Assembly (NCBI RefSeq): GCF_964355755.1
Contig: NC_092670.1
Location: 10,960,795-11,024,794 of the forward strand
Direction of reading: 5' to 3'
Length of the DNA stretch: 64,000 bases
DNA from: Antedon mediterranea
Taxonomy: Eukaryota > Animalia > Echinodermata
Made by a program: the position numbers and the translations under genes. Every line of letters starts with the position of its first letter. The stretch's first letter is position 1. The notes under the pieces are model-generated. The model did not search any database, was not told the origin of the DNA, and worked only from the letters and a program-made list of their open reading frames with translations. This document shows positions 14,151 to 27,784 of this stretch, piece after piece.

Positions 14151-14159
14151 TGTGTCTCT

Positions 14160-15130
14160 TGTGTCATCTGCAAAACAAGTAATTTTTAGCTCGTTCCTGT
14201 CGTGTAAATTTTGAGGTAGTTTAATACACTTAATTTAGTCAGACTGTCTAATTTTGCAAGCAAGTGGTTCTACACCTAGTACAAAAAGAAAGCAGAGATT
14301 GGACAGCCTTGTCTTACTCCTCTTTCGACATTAAAGAATTTAGACACATGTCCGTTATTGATCAAAATGAAGGATTTTTCCAAAGTTTAGTCTTTTGAGA
14401 ACATCTATTAATATCGCCTATTAATCGAGTCAAATGCCTTTTTAAAATCAACGCATAGCATTCTCGAGTTTCTTGAGATATCTTCAATTAGTCTTATATT
14501 TTAGTGTATATTTCTTCCTTTAACAAAACCGCTTTGATCATAACTAATAATAGAATAACTTCTCGTTGCTAAGCATTTGGTTAGAATTTTATAGTCTATC
14601 TTTAAATGACTGCTAATAGGACGCCAATTATCTCGTGAGTGGCGAGGTAAATCTTTCCCTTTGTGTATAGCATTTAAGAGATTGAGATTTTGTTAATTCA
14701 CCAAATTTTTATGATCATTAAATGCATTCACTACTTGTTATCCTACTTTAACCCAGAATCTTTTATAAATTCAGGTGAGAGCCCATCATACCCAGGGCTT
14801 TTATTATTTTCAATCATTTTTAGTGCATTTAGACATTCCTCATAGCTATACCTATATCTAGTTTCGGAAAAGTAATTCCATCTAGAAATGATTCTATATT
14901 TTCTGTAAGAGTGTCGTTTTCAGATCTATATAGTTCAGAAAAGAAACTGACCTGCATGTTTAAAATGTCAGAGTTGTTTGTGATTTCTCTGTTGAATTTG
15001 TTTGAGTTTTTTTATACCTTTTATTTTTTCTAGATTAAAAATATTTGATGACCTTTCACCTTCTTCGCACCACTTTTCACGAGATCTTATTTGAATGCCT
15101 CTAACTACGTGCTCGTAAAGCGTTTCATAT
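14160..15130 (-). pseudogene. L1/Tx1-like ORF2 reverse transcriptase fragment, degenerate
   Basis: Minus-strand motifs IRSREKWCEEGE, NKSPGYDGL, NWRPIS, VDFKKAFDS, INNGHVSKFFNVERGVRQGCPIS, FADDT, with frameshifts. Confidence 0.85.
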
Positions 15131-15696
15131 TCCAATTTTACCTTGTTATATTGACGTCAAAGGGACAATAAGTTTTGTATTTTTATTTTAACCGATTTTT
15201 GTTTGATTTACGCGAATCCGTGAATTTTTATACCAAATTCAATTTTAATTTCAATTTTTTTTAAGAGAGAGAAGAGAGAGAGTGAGTGAAAGTGATAAGG
15301 TTACACTTCAGAGTCAATGGTTTTGGCTAACTCAATTTTTGCTTATATGTATAATAATGTTTTTTTTCTTTTATATAACTTTAATTTTGCATGCCACTAT
15401 TATAACCATTTTTATATTTTAAATAGATTTTAAAAAAAAAAGGGAAACAGAAGGATGTAATGTAATGATATACATTTATAATTGAGAAATCAACCTTTGT
15501 ATCAGAATTCAAATAAGTTCACAAACTTGGCCCAGAAAGTCCAGAGGAGAGTTTGTCCAGATGTTTTAAAAGTCCATTTAGCTCATAATTAAATCCCAAA
15601 AGTAAACAGTTTATTTGACCTCTCTAACTGTTCCCATTGTAAAACAATTAGATATTGACAGTTTTAAGCAAAGATTCGACAGGGCCAATTCATCAT

Positions 15697-16042
15697 TGTA
15701 ACCCCCCAGATAAGATCAATCACTCCCACCTAAACACCCCTGGATCAACTTAGGACCAATCATTAGCTCCATAAATGATGTAATTGACATACTGTATGCA
15801 AATGAACCGAAGCCAATATACCCCCAAGAGCCCAGACACACCTTACAGCCACTTCACGGAGCACACACCTCACAGCCACTTCCTCAGAAGCAGACCTACA
15901 CACCTCACATCTCACCAACAGCATCACCTAATCCTCTGTTCCTTATCCTTATACTTATAGTTGTATATTATATTGTATCAAGTATTATTGAATAAACAAT
16001 ATATGTGTTACTGCAGTCAAGCGAGTAAGAGTCTTCATTACA
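15697..16042 (+). mobile_element. Possible solo LTR
   Basis: TGTAA...AATAAA...TTACA organisation; no TSD found; start could instead be 15456 after a purine tract. Confidence 0.3.
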
Positions 16043-16694
16043 AGTCAAAAACCTCATAACACTATATTACACTACGTGAACATTTTCATTAAACCAAAGT
16101 TTGTTGCACAACTACATATGTACATGCATCTGCTGTCCAAGTTACAACATTACTGCTATCGCCGTTTTTGAGATCTGCGACCAACAAAAAATGAGCAGAA
16201 AAAATGAAATTTTTGACAATAACAATAGGCTATCACTCTACAGAGAGCGACTAGCGTAATAAATACAAATACTACTTACTAATGTCCACTTCCACAGGGA
16301 CAGAAAAATAATTATTTTTGCTTTCAATTACAGTTTTTCATGTAAATTTATTTTTTTTTTAATACGGTAAACAAACATTCTACAAAAGTTTGTCCACTTA
16401 TTTTTAAAAGGACATCCATGACTTAAATAGTCTTCTCGTGGAAGACAGCTAGCCAACACAAATGGAATCCATTGAAAGATACGATCTTGGTAGAGCAAAT
16501 ACAATAGCCGGTGTAATTGCACATTGAGCCACTTAAAAAAATAGAAAGAACCCGGTCAAAGATCCCTCAAACCACACCTGAATAAAAGTTGAAGAAAGAT
16601 TCCTCATTGTATTTACTATACAGTAACCACTGCGCAGATAGTAATGTTACATACCGCAATGAATCATAATTTTTTTACTATGATGACATCTTTA

Positions 16695-16736
<42 letters not shown>

Positions 16737-16776
16737 CTTTAAAATGTTCATATATTAAAGATATATATATATATAT

Positions 16777-17108
16777 TCCAAAATTGTTTATATCTCTACC
16801 AAGCTACCTTCTTTGTTTTCCACTCTTATTCAGACTCCACCCTGGCTCCCTTTGTTATATTTCTTTTATTCATGTCCACCCAGGCAGCACTTGCCAGCTT
16901 TATACTATGACGTTATCCAAATTCCTTCACTTGCACTGATGAAGGGCTAGTGTTGCCCGAAAGCTCTGCTAACTTTTCTGGCTGTTTACTTTATCGTTTT
17001 GATTTAGCTTTTCGCTTTTTATTTTTGTATCTCCATTGAGATCCAGCCACTGATAGTAAACATTCAACAGCAACAGCATTGTCATTTTTCTCAGTAATTT
17101 GCCTTTAG

Positions 17109-17111
<3 letters not shown>
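16777..17111 (+). mobile_element. Penelope-like terminal-repeat remnant embedded in (TA)n
   Basis: ~330-bp unique block bounded by (TA)n tracts and containing a minimal hammerhead motif. Confidence 0.55.
16931..16972 (+). ncRNA. Minimal type I hammerhead ribozyme motif
   Basis: TTGCA-CTGATGA-A-GGGC-TAGTGTT-GCCC-GAAA-GCTC-TGCTAA: core boxes CUGAUGA and GAAA, 4-bp stem II, palindromic AGCU stem III, CUC cleavage triplet, short stem I. Confidence 0.7.
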
Positions 17112-17167
<56 letters not shown>

Positions 17168-17290
17168 GTATGTATGTTATATATGTTTGATGTATGTATG
17201 TATGTATGTATGTATGTATGTATGTATGTATGTATGTATGTATGTATGTATGTATGTATGTATGTATGTATGTATGTATGTATGTATGTA

Positions 17291-17321
<31 letters not shown>

Positions 17322-17379
17322 ATGTGTATATGTATATATAATATAATATATATATATAATATATATATAATATATATAT

Positions 17380-17410
<31 letters not shown>

Positions 17411-17422
17411 ATATATATATAT
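17112..17422. repeat. Compound microsatellite (TA)n-(TATG)n-(TG)n-(TA)n
   Basis: Directly visible; a further (TA)n tract lies at ~16697-16732. Confidence 0.97.
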
Positions 17423-18132
17423 CTTTAATATATGAACATTTTAAAGAAGGTTAATGTTAATTTTGTTATTTCGGTCTTGATTGTCGAAATTAATGTTTTA
17501 AAATTTAATATGCAATTAATTAATGATTTAATCAACATTTTTTTTCTTAATTTCATAATAAATCACAAATATGATACATAAAGTTTATGAAAATGCAAAA
17601 TAGGAGTTCTCGAACATTTCGGACGACCTATGTTAATTTTAAAATTTAGCATCTTTTCACCATTTTCTTAACTTACACTTGCGTAGCCTGTCACTTTTGA
17701 CGTGCTTGTATAACGTAGTTTTAAGTTGAAAATAAAATATGATGAAATTATTAAAGAAAGGTTGTAAAACAGAAATCGGGCAAAAAGAGTGCGTATGAAC
17801 GCTTAACGCGCAGTGCGCGTGCAAAAATCTGAGCACTCATAGCAATTCTTTAACCGCTTAAAATTGCCTGAAACTTATTGTAATTACATCAAAAATAAAT
17901 TTTAAGCACGCATACGCATGCGTTATATGCGCTACAATTGTCTCAATACACTTCTGAGCGTTTAGCTGGCTTTAACCATGTGGTTTTCTACCTCGAGCAT
18001 AACCTTATTGGCTATATGGCAGTATTCAAGTAATTAAAATGTTGAATAGCATTTAATCCGATTTACATTTAGGTAAAACTTAGGGTTCCAAGCATCATAC
18101 AATAAGAAGATCGTTACGAATGTTATGAGGTA

Positions 18133-21100
18133 TCTATATATAAATTTACGTAAGGAAAAATTCGGTAAATCGCGCCTTACTTCTAGAATGTTTACTCGAT
18201 GGTATATAAAGTTGGTTCGTACTTTCGATACTGATTTTAACTACCTGATGTAACCCTGTTTACTAATTAAATGGAGTTCGATAATTAGTTATTGACGATT
18301 AAAACGAATTTAGGTTCAACGATTTGCCCCAAATAGGGGTGTTTTCCGATCGTGGTATACACTGTCCAATGCATGTCTATCTTGAAAAATACCCGCATAC
18401 AATAATACGAGGATGCTTCGCATTTTCCTATCTCCTCCTACGATAATTGTTTTTAATTGATGAAAACCGGTTGAACAGCTCGAGTACAGCATCATAATGT
18501 TGAAGACAGACCTATTTTCTTAAAAACATACTATTTTGATAGATTTAATATACATTTATACAAATGTATTGATTTCCGATGAATGGAACATTCCAATAAT
18601 AAATCTTTGCTTTAACACAAGTACCACCAGCTGTAGGTAAATGTATTGGCCCTTGGGGAATTAACCTAAAACCTATATCTATATATAAATTTACGTAAGG
18701 GCAAAATTCGGTAAATCGCGCCTTACTTCTAGAATTTTTACTCGATGGTATATAAAGTTGGTTCGTACTTTCGGTACTGATTTTAACCACCTGATGTAAC
18801 CCTGTTTACTAATTAAATTAAGTTAGATAATAAGTTATTGACGGTTAAAACGAATTTAGGTTCCAAGATTTGCCCCAAATAGGGGTGTTTTCCGACCGTG
18901 GTATACACTGTATAATGGATGTCCGTCTTGAAAAATACCCGCCACAAAAATGCGAGGAGGCTTCGCATTTTCCTATCTCCTCCTACGATAATTGTTTTTA
19001 ATAGCTGAAAACCGGTTGAACAGTTCGAGTACAGCATCATAATGTTGAAGACAGGCCGATTTTCTTTAAAAAATACTATTTTGATACATTTAATATACGT
19101 TTTTACAAATGTATTGATTTGTGATGAATGGAACATTCCAAATTATTTGGTTTAACCATACAGGTATAGATTTAGATTTATGGGCCCCCTTGGAGAATAA
19201 ACATAAATAGTATTGCAATGCTGTACAATACTGTTAAGGTATTAACCACTTTTGATCGCAATTTGAATCGCAAATGTCTTACTGTGAGTGTTGGTACTGT
19301 TAGATGTAATATAAAAATATATACAAATAAACTTTATTACTGTGAGTGTGGGTAGGCCCTACTGTTAGATTATAAACATATAATATACAAATAAACATTC
19401 CAAATTATTTGGTTTAACCATAGAGGTATAGATTTAGATTTATGGGCGGGCCCCCTTGGAGAATAAACATAAATAGTATTGCAATGCTGTACAATACTGT
19501 TAAGGTATTAACCACTTTTGATCGCAATTTGAATCGCAAATTTCTTACTGTGAGTGTTGGTACTGTTAGATGTAATATAAAAATATATACAAATAAACTT
19601 TATTACTGTGAGTGGTAGGCCCTACTGTTAGATTATAAACATATAATATACAAATAAACATTCCAAATTATTTGGTTTAACCATAGAGGTATAGATTTAG
19701 ATTTATGGGCCCCCTTGGAGAATAAACATGAATAGTATTGCAATGCTGTACAATACTGTTAAGGTATTAACCACTTTTGATCGCAATTTGAATCGCAAAT
19801 TTCTTACTGTGAGTGTTGGTACTGTTAGATGTAATATAAAAATATATACAAATAAACTTTATTACTGTGAGTGGTAGGCCCTACTGTTAGATTATAAACA
19901 TATAATATACAAATAAATAAACGTTATTACTGACAGTTGCTTCTCAACGTTTGTATTAATTAATAATTTAAAAATATATAAACGTCGTAGTGGTGTATCG
20001 TAACACATGTACTTTACTATTTCAATCGACTATGACAGTGACAGTTCTAACAAAGTACCGTATTAAATCGCAAATGTTTTACTGTATTTAGTGGTATATT
20101 ATTTATAGGCCTATAAAACATTAAAAACAATATTTCGTTACTGAGTGGATAAGAATATATTTTAAAATGTTTCCTCTTTGTACCTATCTTCTTCCCCCAT
20201 CCCTCAACCCTTAATGTTACATACAAAACACAAATTGGGTTTTTTTAAATGAGTCCAAATAAAAAAATTTGACTCATTTTGTTTCTCTCTCGGAAGTAAT
20301 TCCCAGGGTGCTAATTTTGGTTGACTACATAAATCATTGTGTATATTTATTCGTTTCTGTAAACGACAATGTATTATAGTCCTGCGGTACGTACATTTGA
20401 AATCTCCATTTTTTTCTCGCTGGAAATACTGTGTATTCGAGAACCATCTGTGGGCACGACCTAGATGGTACGCGAGCGAAGCGAGCGTGCCATCTAGTAT
20501 AGATAAGTATTGCAATACTTGGACATTACTGTAAATACGTATTAACATTTGTGGTCGCCATTGAATTTACTGTGAGTGTGGGTACTGTTAGATGTATAAC
20601 ACAATCATGTACAAATAAACGTATTACTGTGAGTGTAGGCCCTACTGTTAATATATAGAACGTACAATATACAAATAAACTGTAGTACTGACAGTTGCTT
20701 CTCAACGTTTGTATTAATTAATAATTACAAAGAATATAAACGTTGTAGTGGTACGTGTATCGTTACATGTACTATGCTATTTCAATCGACTATGACAGTG
20801 GCAGTTTTAACAAAGTATTAAGTTGCAAATGTGTTACTGTATCAAGTGGTATATTATTTATAGGCCTGTGAGTAGGCCCTACTGTTATATAAAACGTACA
20901 ATATACAAATAAACTGTACTACTGACAGTTGCTTCTCAACGTTTGTATTAATTAATAATTACAAAGAATATAAACGTTGTAGTGGTACGTGTATCGTTAC
21001 ATGTACATGCTATTTCAATGGACTATAAGAGTGACAGTTTTAATAAAGTATTAAATCGCAAATGTGTTACTGTATCAAGTGGTATATTATTTATAGGCCT

Positions 21101-23604
21101 ATCAAAGTGAAAAACATATTTCGTTACTGAGTAGATAAATAATATATTAAAACATTGTTCTTCTTTGTACCCATATCATCTTCCCCATCCCTCAAAACTA
21201 ATGTTACACACAAAACACAAATTGGGTTTGTTTAAATGAGTCCAAATAACAAATTTGGACTCATTTTGTGACAAGTTTCTCTTTCGGAAGTAATTCCCAG
21301 TGTGCTAATTTCAGTTTAATACATAAATCATCGTGTCTATTTATTCGTTTCTGTAAACAATAATAACTATTATCGTCCTGCAGTACGTACATTAAAATTT
21401 ATTGGCCCTTGGGGAATTAACCTAAAACCTATATCTATATATAAATTTACGTAAGGGCAAAATTCGGTAAATCGCGCGTTATTTCTAGAATGTTTACTCG
21501 ATGGTATATAAAGTTGGTTATAATCTCGGTACTGATTTTAACCACCTGATGTAACCCTGTTTACTAATTAAATTTAGTTAGATAATTAGTTATTGACAAT
21601 TAAAACGAATTTAGGTTCAACCATTTGCCCCAAATAGGGGTGTTTTCCGATCGTGGTATACACTGTCTAATGGATGTCCTCATGAAAAATACCTGTACAC
21701 AATAATACGAGGATACTTCGTATTTTCCTATCTCCTCCTACGATAATTGTTTTTAATAGCTGAAAACCGGTTGAACAGCTCGAGTACAGTATCATAATGT
21801 TGAAGACAGGCCGATTTTCTTTAAAAAATACTATTTTGATAGATTTAATATACGTTTATACAAATGTATTGATTTGCGATGAATGGAACATTCCAAATTA
21901 TTTGGTTTAACCATGCTTGCATACCTCCATGATTTAACACAAGTAGGTCAATTTATGGGCCCTTTGAGAATAAACATAAATAGTATTGTAAAGCTATACA
22001 ATACTGTAAATAGGTATTAACCACTTTTGATAGCCATTTGAATCGCAAATTTCTTATTGTGTGTGTTGGTAGGCCTACTGTTTATTATAATATAAACAAA
22101 TATACTAATAAACTTTATTACTGTGAGTGTGGGTAGCCCCTTCTTTTAGATTATAAACACACAATAATAGGCCTATAATACTTTATTACTGACAGTTGCT
22201 TCTCAACGTTTGTATTAATTAATAATTACAAAAAAATATAAACGTCGTGGTGGTGTATCGTTACATGTACTTTACTATTTCAATCGACTATATGACAGTG
22301 ACAATTTTAACAGTTATTAAATCGGAAATGTTTTACTCTATTTAGGTTTATATTATTTATAGGCCTATTAAAAAAAAAACCCAACCCTCAATAATATTAG
22401 ATACAAAATACAAATTGGGTTTGTTTAAATGAGTCCAAATCAAACATTTGGACTCATTTTGTGAGAAGTTTCTCTTTTGGAAGTAATTCGCAGGGTGCTA
22501 ATTTTGGTTGACTACAAAAATACATAAATAAATGTTTTATAGTCATGCGGTACGTAGGCCTACATTTTGAAATCGCCAGTTTTTTTACGCTGAAATTACT
22601 ATGTATTCGAGAACCATATGTGGGCACGACCTAGATGGTACGCGAGCGAAGCGAGCGTACCATCTAGTATAGATAAGTATTGCAATACTTGGACATTACT
22701 GTAAATACGTATTAACATTTGTGGTCGCCATTGAATTTACTGTGAGTGTGGGTACTGTTAGATGTATAACACAATCATGTAAAAATAAACGTATTACTGT
22801 GAGTGTAGGCTCTACTGTTATATAGAACGTACAATATACAAATAAACTGTAGTACTGACAGTTGCTTCTCAACGTTTGTATTAATTAATAATTACAAAGA
22901 ATATAAACGTTGTAGTGGTACATGTATCGTTGCATGTACTATGCTATTTCAATCGACTATGACAGTGACAGTTTTAAGTCACAAATGTGTTACTGTATCA
23001 AGTGGTATATTATTTATAGTCCTGTGAGTAGGCCCTACTGTTATATAAAACGTACAATATACAAATAAACTGTACTACTGACAGTTGCTTCTCAACGTTT
23101 GTATTAATTAATAATTACAAAGAATATAAACGTTGTATAACAGTGACAGTTTTAACAAAGTATTAAATCGCAAATGTGTTACTGTATCAAGTGGTATATT
23201 ATTTATAGGCCTATCAAAGTGAAAAACATATTTCGTTACTGAGTAGATAAATAATATATTAAAACATTGTTCTTCTTTGTACCCATATCCTCTTCCCCAT
23301 CCCTCAAAACTAATGTTACACACAAAACACAAATTGGGTTTGTTTAAATGAGTCCAAATAACAAATTTGGACTCATTTTGTGACAAGTTTCTCTTTCGGA
23401 AGTAATTCCCAGTGTGCTAATTTCAGTGTAATACATAAATCATCGTGTCTATTTATTCGTTTCTGTAAACAATAATAACTATTATCGTCCTGCAGTACGT
23501 ACATTAAAAAAAGCATTTTTTTTACGCTGAAATTACTGTGTACTCGAGAACCATCTGTGGGCACGACCTAGATGGTACGCGAGCTTAGCGAGCGTACCAC
23601 CTAG
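18133..23604 (+). mobile_element. Tandem array of a non-autonomous Helitron-like element
   Basis: A|TCTATATATAAATTTACG 5' ends at 18133, 18678, 21434. Hairpin+CTAG|T 3' ends (CTAGATGGTACGC-GAGCGAAGCGA-GCGTACCATCTAG) at 20497, 22667, 23604. Internal ~240-bp triplication at 19130-19920. Confidence 0.75.
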
Positions 23605-24519
23605 TTTTAAAAATTTATATTATATAATATAAAAAAAATTTAATTTCAAATATTATCATTATTATTACTTACTGGTTTTAGTAGAGTTCTTTCAAGTTCT
23701 GTCTGAATGTTTGTCTTTTCTTTAATTTAAATGTACAATTACTGTATACAATGAAGTATAATGATCTCTATTGTTATTTAGGATGTGGAAAAAGATAATT
23801 ATGTTATTATCTAAGTGCTATTAATTTTATGATGCCGTTCATTTGTGTTGATTATTATATTACTAAAAATATTACTCTAATTGAGCTCGGGTGAGGTCTC
23901 TATTCATATCATTACATCTGCAGCTTTATCAGTATTATGAAAACCATTTTTGCCGGCATCCAGTTCTCTTACTAAATGTGGTACTTGGGCCGGTATTATT
24001 TCTTGCTCTCATTAATGCCGGCCCGATTGAAGATTCAAATAATTTGTCGACCCACTCTTGGTGAAGTTGTTCCCAGAAACTCTTTACCTATTACGTAGTC
24101 CCTTCTGGAAAATTTGAATGAATGGTGTTTGCTTATTTAAAAATGGCAAAAGATATACCAAATCCTTTAAAAATTATAGACAAATTTCCTTCCTTTACTA
24201 AATTATGCATTCCCAACTTTATGATTATTTGACAGCTAAGTTAAATATTCTGAATTAATATCATCAATATGATTTGCAAAGGTCACTCAACTGCTCATGC
24301 TGTCTTCTTAATAATACTTTTATTGAAAGCTCATATATATTGGTGTATATATCAAATAATTATTTGATTGAGAAATTTGTTTGATGTAATTAACCATTCT
24401 ATTTTAAATAAGAAAATGCGAAAATTATGGTATTAAAGGCACTCCTTTAAGCATTTGCTTCTTGAGTTAGTTGGATGGCAGAAACAATTTGTCTCTATCC
24501 AATCATTTAAATCATCGAC

Positions 24520-24700
24520 CGAGGATATCACTTGTGGGTGTCTCCTCCCCCCAATTTTATTTTTACGTTAATGACCTGACTAATGTCAGTGAGAAGTTTA
24601 AGTGATATCCTTCGCCGACGATACTACTATTTTATTCATCTTCTTGTTGACATTTTATTTAATACTTTTAATTATGAATTGTCTAAATGTAATGACTGGT
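24520..24700 (+). pseudogene. Degenerate CR1/L2-group RT fragment
   Basis: Remnants ITCG...PILF...NDLTNVSEKF...SFADDTT with frameshifts. Confidence 0.55.
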
Positions 24701-25122
24701 TTCTTTAAATTCTAAATTCTTATAAGATTTAGAAGCTCATGATGCTCTTGATTGACTAATAGAACTTCCTATGAACTTACACCAATATCAAAGAGAAGCT
24801 TAGAAACTGAACGTTGATGAAGTCAATGATGATTTAAGCATTTCTGACAAACAGATTGCATCAGACCAAAATTGGTACCCACTTTTCATCATGCCTCTCC
24901 TCAAATGGTGGCAACTGTCAAGATCTTAGTTAGGCCAGATCCTTTTTATAATTTTTATCAACGACTAAAGGCCAACTCAAACAGCTGAATACCGACGAGA
25001 CTTGAGATAGCGTCAGGCGCAGTATTTAGGTCGTCGCGATAACTTTAAACTTGTTTTATTTCTCCCACGTGGCCAAGTTATCATAACTTTCGTTAGGAGA
25101 GTAAACAGCACATGTTGAAAGC

Positions 25123-26598
25123 CGTATCCGGATATTTACCCCCCGGACAACTACCCCCCGGACAACCACCACCTGGACCACTACCCCCTTAGGACAACTA
25201 CCCCCGGACAAATACCCCCAGACAACTACCCCCTTAGGACAACAACCCCCTTAGGACAACTACCCCCCGGACAACTACCCCCCGGACAACTACCCCCTAG
25301 GAACAATTACCCCCCGGACAATTACCACCCAGAAAAATATCCCTTTAGAACACCCTAACCACCCAGACCATTCAACAACCTGACTCTGCAACAGTGTATA
25401 ATAGGAATTAATAACTATATTTTAATTCGTTACTTTGACGAATTACTATTCATTATTGTAAACAAAAGTAAAAGATTGAACATAAATATAGCCTGGTATA
25501 AACTGAAGATTGTCACACATGATCATAGGATAGTCGAACGTATTATGTACTCCCTGTATTTACTGTAAAGACTGGGTTCGCTAATAATAATAATAATTTT
25601 TGCGTCAGGACAATGCTTCGATAACCACTGGTCTTAAAAGAATTAATTTTTGTCTCAAATTTGTCATATATGTATTTTTGTACACTTGAAGAATAATATC
25701 ACTTTTGATATTTGACCTCAATGTTCACTCACCGAATAAACGTCGATCTTTAAATAAATTCCCCTCAAATAAACGGTGACCATGTCACTCCCATGAAACA
25801 TCATATGGAATAATCGTCGTCTATTTCCATTAGATTATACCCCCTCCCATTGAATAAACAACTTTCTTCCAATAAATGTCCACCTAAAAACCACCTAAAC
25901 AATAAACAGCCCAGGCCGTTTTTTCAATAAATACGGTACTTTAAATCTAGCACATCTAGGGTCTAGCGTGCTGTTAAACAGAATAATCGGTTAAAAACGG
26001 GTGTTTCGAAACTAGAGACCCGAGACCAGAGACCAGAGACCCGAGACCCAATACGAAAAGGGAGACCTAAATATACGAAAAGGGAGACCCACGTACAAAA
26101 AGGGAGACCCCACTATACGAAAAGAGAGACCACACTATACGAAAAGGGAGACCCTAATATACGAAAAGGGAGACCCAAATATAGGTCTCCCTTTTCGTAT
26201 TGGGTCTCGTGTCAGGTCTCTGGTCTCGGGTCTCTAGTTTCGAAACACCCGTTAAAAACAGATGATTTCATTTTTACAGAAACCGGTCCTATATATTTGT
26301 CTACTTTTGGAAGGGGGGGGGGGGTAGTTGACCTGACCGGGGGGTAGTTGACCTGACCGGGGGGTAGTTGACCAGGGGTAGTTACCCGGGGGTAGTTATC
26401 CTAAGGGGGTAGTTGTCCTAAGGGGGTAGTTGTCCGGGGGGTTGTTATCCTAAGGGGGTAGTTGTCCTAAGGGGGTAGTTGTCCGGGGGGTAGTTGTCCG
26501 GGGGGTAGTTGTCCGGGGGGTAGTTGTCCTAAGGGGGTAGTTGTCCGGGTGGTAAAAATCCGGGGGGTAACTGTCTAGGGGGTAGGTGTCCTAGAACC
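25123..26598. mobile_element. MULE-like foldback element with G/C-run subterminal arrays (copy 1)
   Basis: Arms of 16-17-bp GGACAACTACCCCC units in inverted orientation. 9-bp TSD GTTGAAAGC/ATTGAAAGC (1 mismatch). An inverted sister copy lies at 39268-44560. Confidence 0.88.
25999..26250. mobile_element. MULE-like MITE nested in the foldback element
   Basis: TIR GGGTGTTTCGAAACTAGAGACCCGAGACC; perfect 9-bp TSD GTTAAAAAC; internal ~22-bp TACGAAAAGGGAGACC repeats. Confidence 0.88.
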
Positions 26599-27116
26599 AT
26601 TGAAAGCAGTTATTTTTGTGTTTGAATTGTCGGGGAGTTGCATAGGATTTTATTTCCTTCGTTATGTGATAATGAATCCAATAATGTGGAAAAGTTGATT
26701 TTGAAGGAATTAATTATTTTGTACGAATTTCTGATTTTTTTCTCGACGGAAAGGGGATTCCCCTCACATACTGCTTGTGACGTCACACACTGCAATTCCT
26801 ACCTCTTTATAATAGAGGGCGCTGTTGGCCTTAACTAAACCACCTGTTTGTTAAACAGATGTTGCCATGACGTATGCTATTGGGTATGTATTTTAAGACA
26901 ACAAACATCACAAATGAAAGAACAATAATAATATTACAAACAACACATTAAGTTCTTAACTTAACTAATTCTTCTGGTAAAAACCTAAAGTTACTAAATC
27001 ATTTAAAATGTTGTGTTAAGAAAAGAATCTCTTGCACTATTTGCTGTGTCAGTAGGTAAAGTAATTTCCAGTATAGATTATCTCTGAATATTTTATACAA
27101 TTACTATTGTACATAG

Positions 27117-27393
27117 TTAAAGTTCTCCCTTTGGTGCTCTTTTAACCATCATCTGTGTAATCTTATGGGTGTATTTAGTTCCCTTGAAATGATGCCACAA
27201 TATATACCTTTGTCATAATTGGCAGCTGCAATTGTACCTGGTGTAAGGTAAGGGCCATTCAGGGATAAGTGGTAACAATTTTTAAACCACCAACCAGCTT
27301 GGGAGTTTTTGGCACAGTTCTTACTAGACGTTCCATCATTGTCTCTGTCTTATGTTGAAAACGGTCTGTCCTTATGGTATGCCATAGAGTCAC
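27117..27393 (-). pseudogene. FReD last-exon pseudogene (copy B)
   Basis: tag|GT acceptor, then DSMAYHKDRPFST*DRDNDGTSSKNCAKNSQAGWWFKNCYHLSLNGPYLTPGT... frameshift ...WHHFKGTKYTHKITQMMVKRAPKGEL*. Confidence 0.9.
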
Positions 27394-27784
27394 CTACCAA
27401 AAGAAAGATCAAGTTTGAGACATTTTTTAAGGGCCCGTTCGGACGGGACTGAAACTACCGTGTACTTCCAACTGTGAGGTCGCGTGTGGCAATTAACTTA
27501 CGCCTCTGGCTATAAAAAATTAGAAAACCATCTGGACGAAAAATCCACCAACTTTACTGGTTATTTCAATCCCATTCCAATTACACGCTGCCTCGGGGTA
27601 TAATTAATCAAGCGTTAACGGGATCATGTCAAATCGCGACCTCAAATAAGCTTTCTGATTGTTTAACAATTATTGTTTAAAATGTTCTTTTTCGTTAATG
27701 CGAATGTATATCTATTGTTTTGTAAAATTATATATAAATAATCAACTCGTTGGTTTTTTTCCGGTGACCTGAACTTGCGAATCG

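Larger units (their letters stand above)
24969..26831. mobile_element. Possible Harbinger-like element hosting 25123-26598
   Basis: 8-bp TIR AGGCCAAC...GTTGGCCT flanked by TAA on both sides; the short TIR could be chance. Confidence 0.4.

Noticed and set aside
17099-17381. ORFs of YI and VCMY repeats
   Set aside because: Translation of microsatellite.
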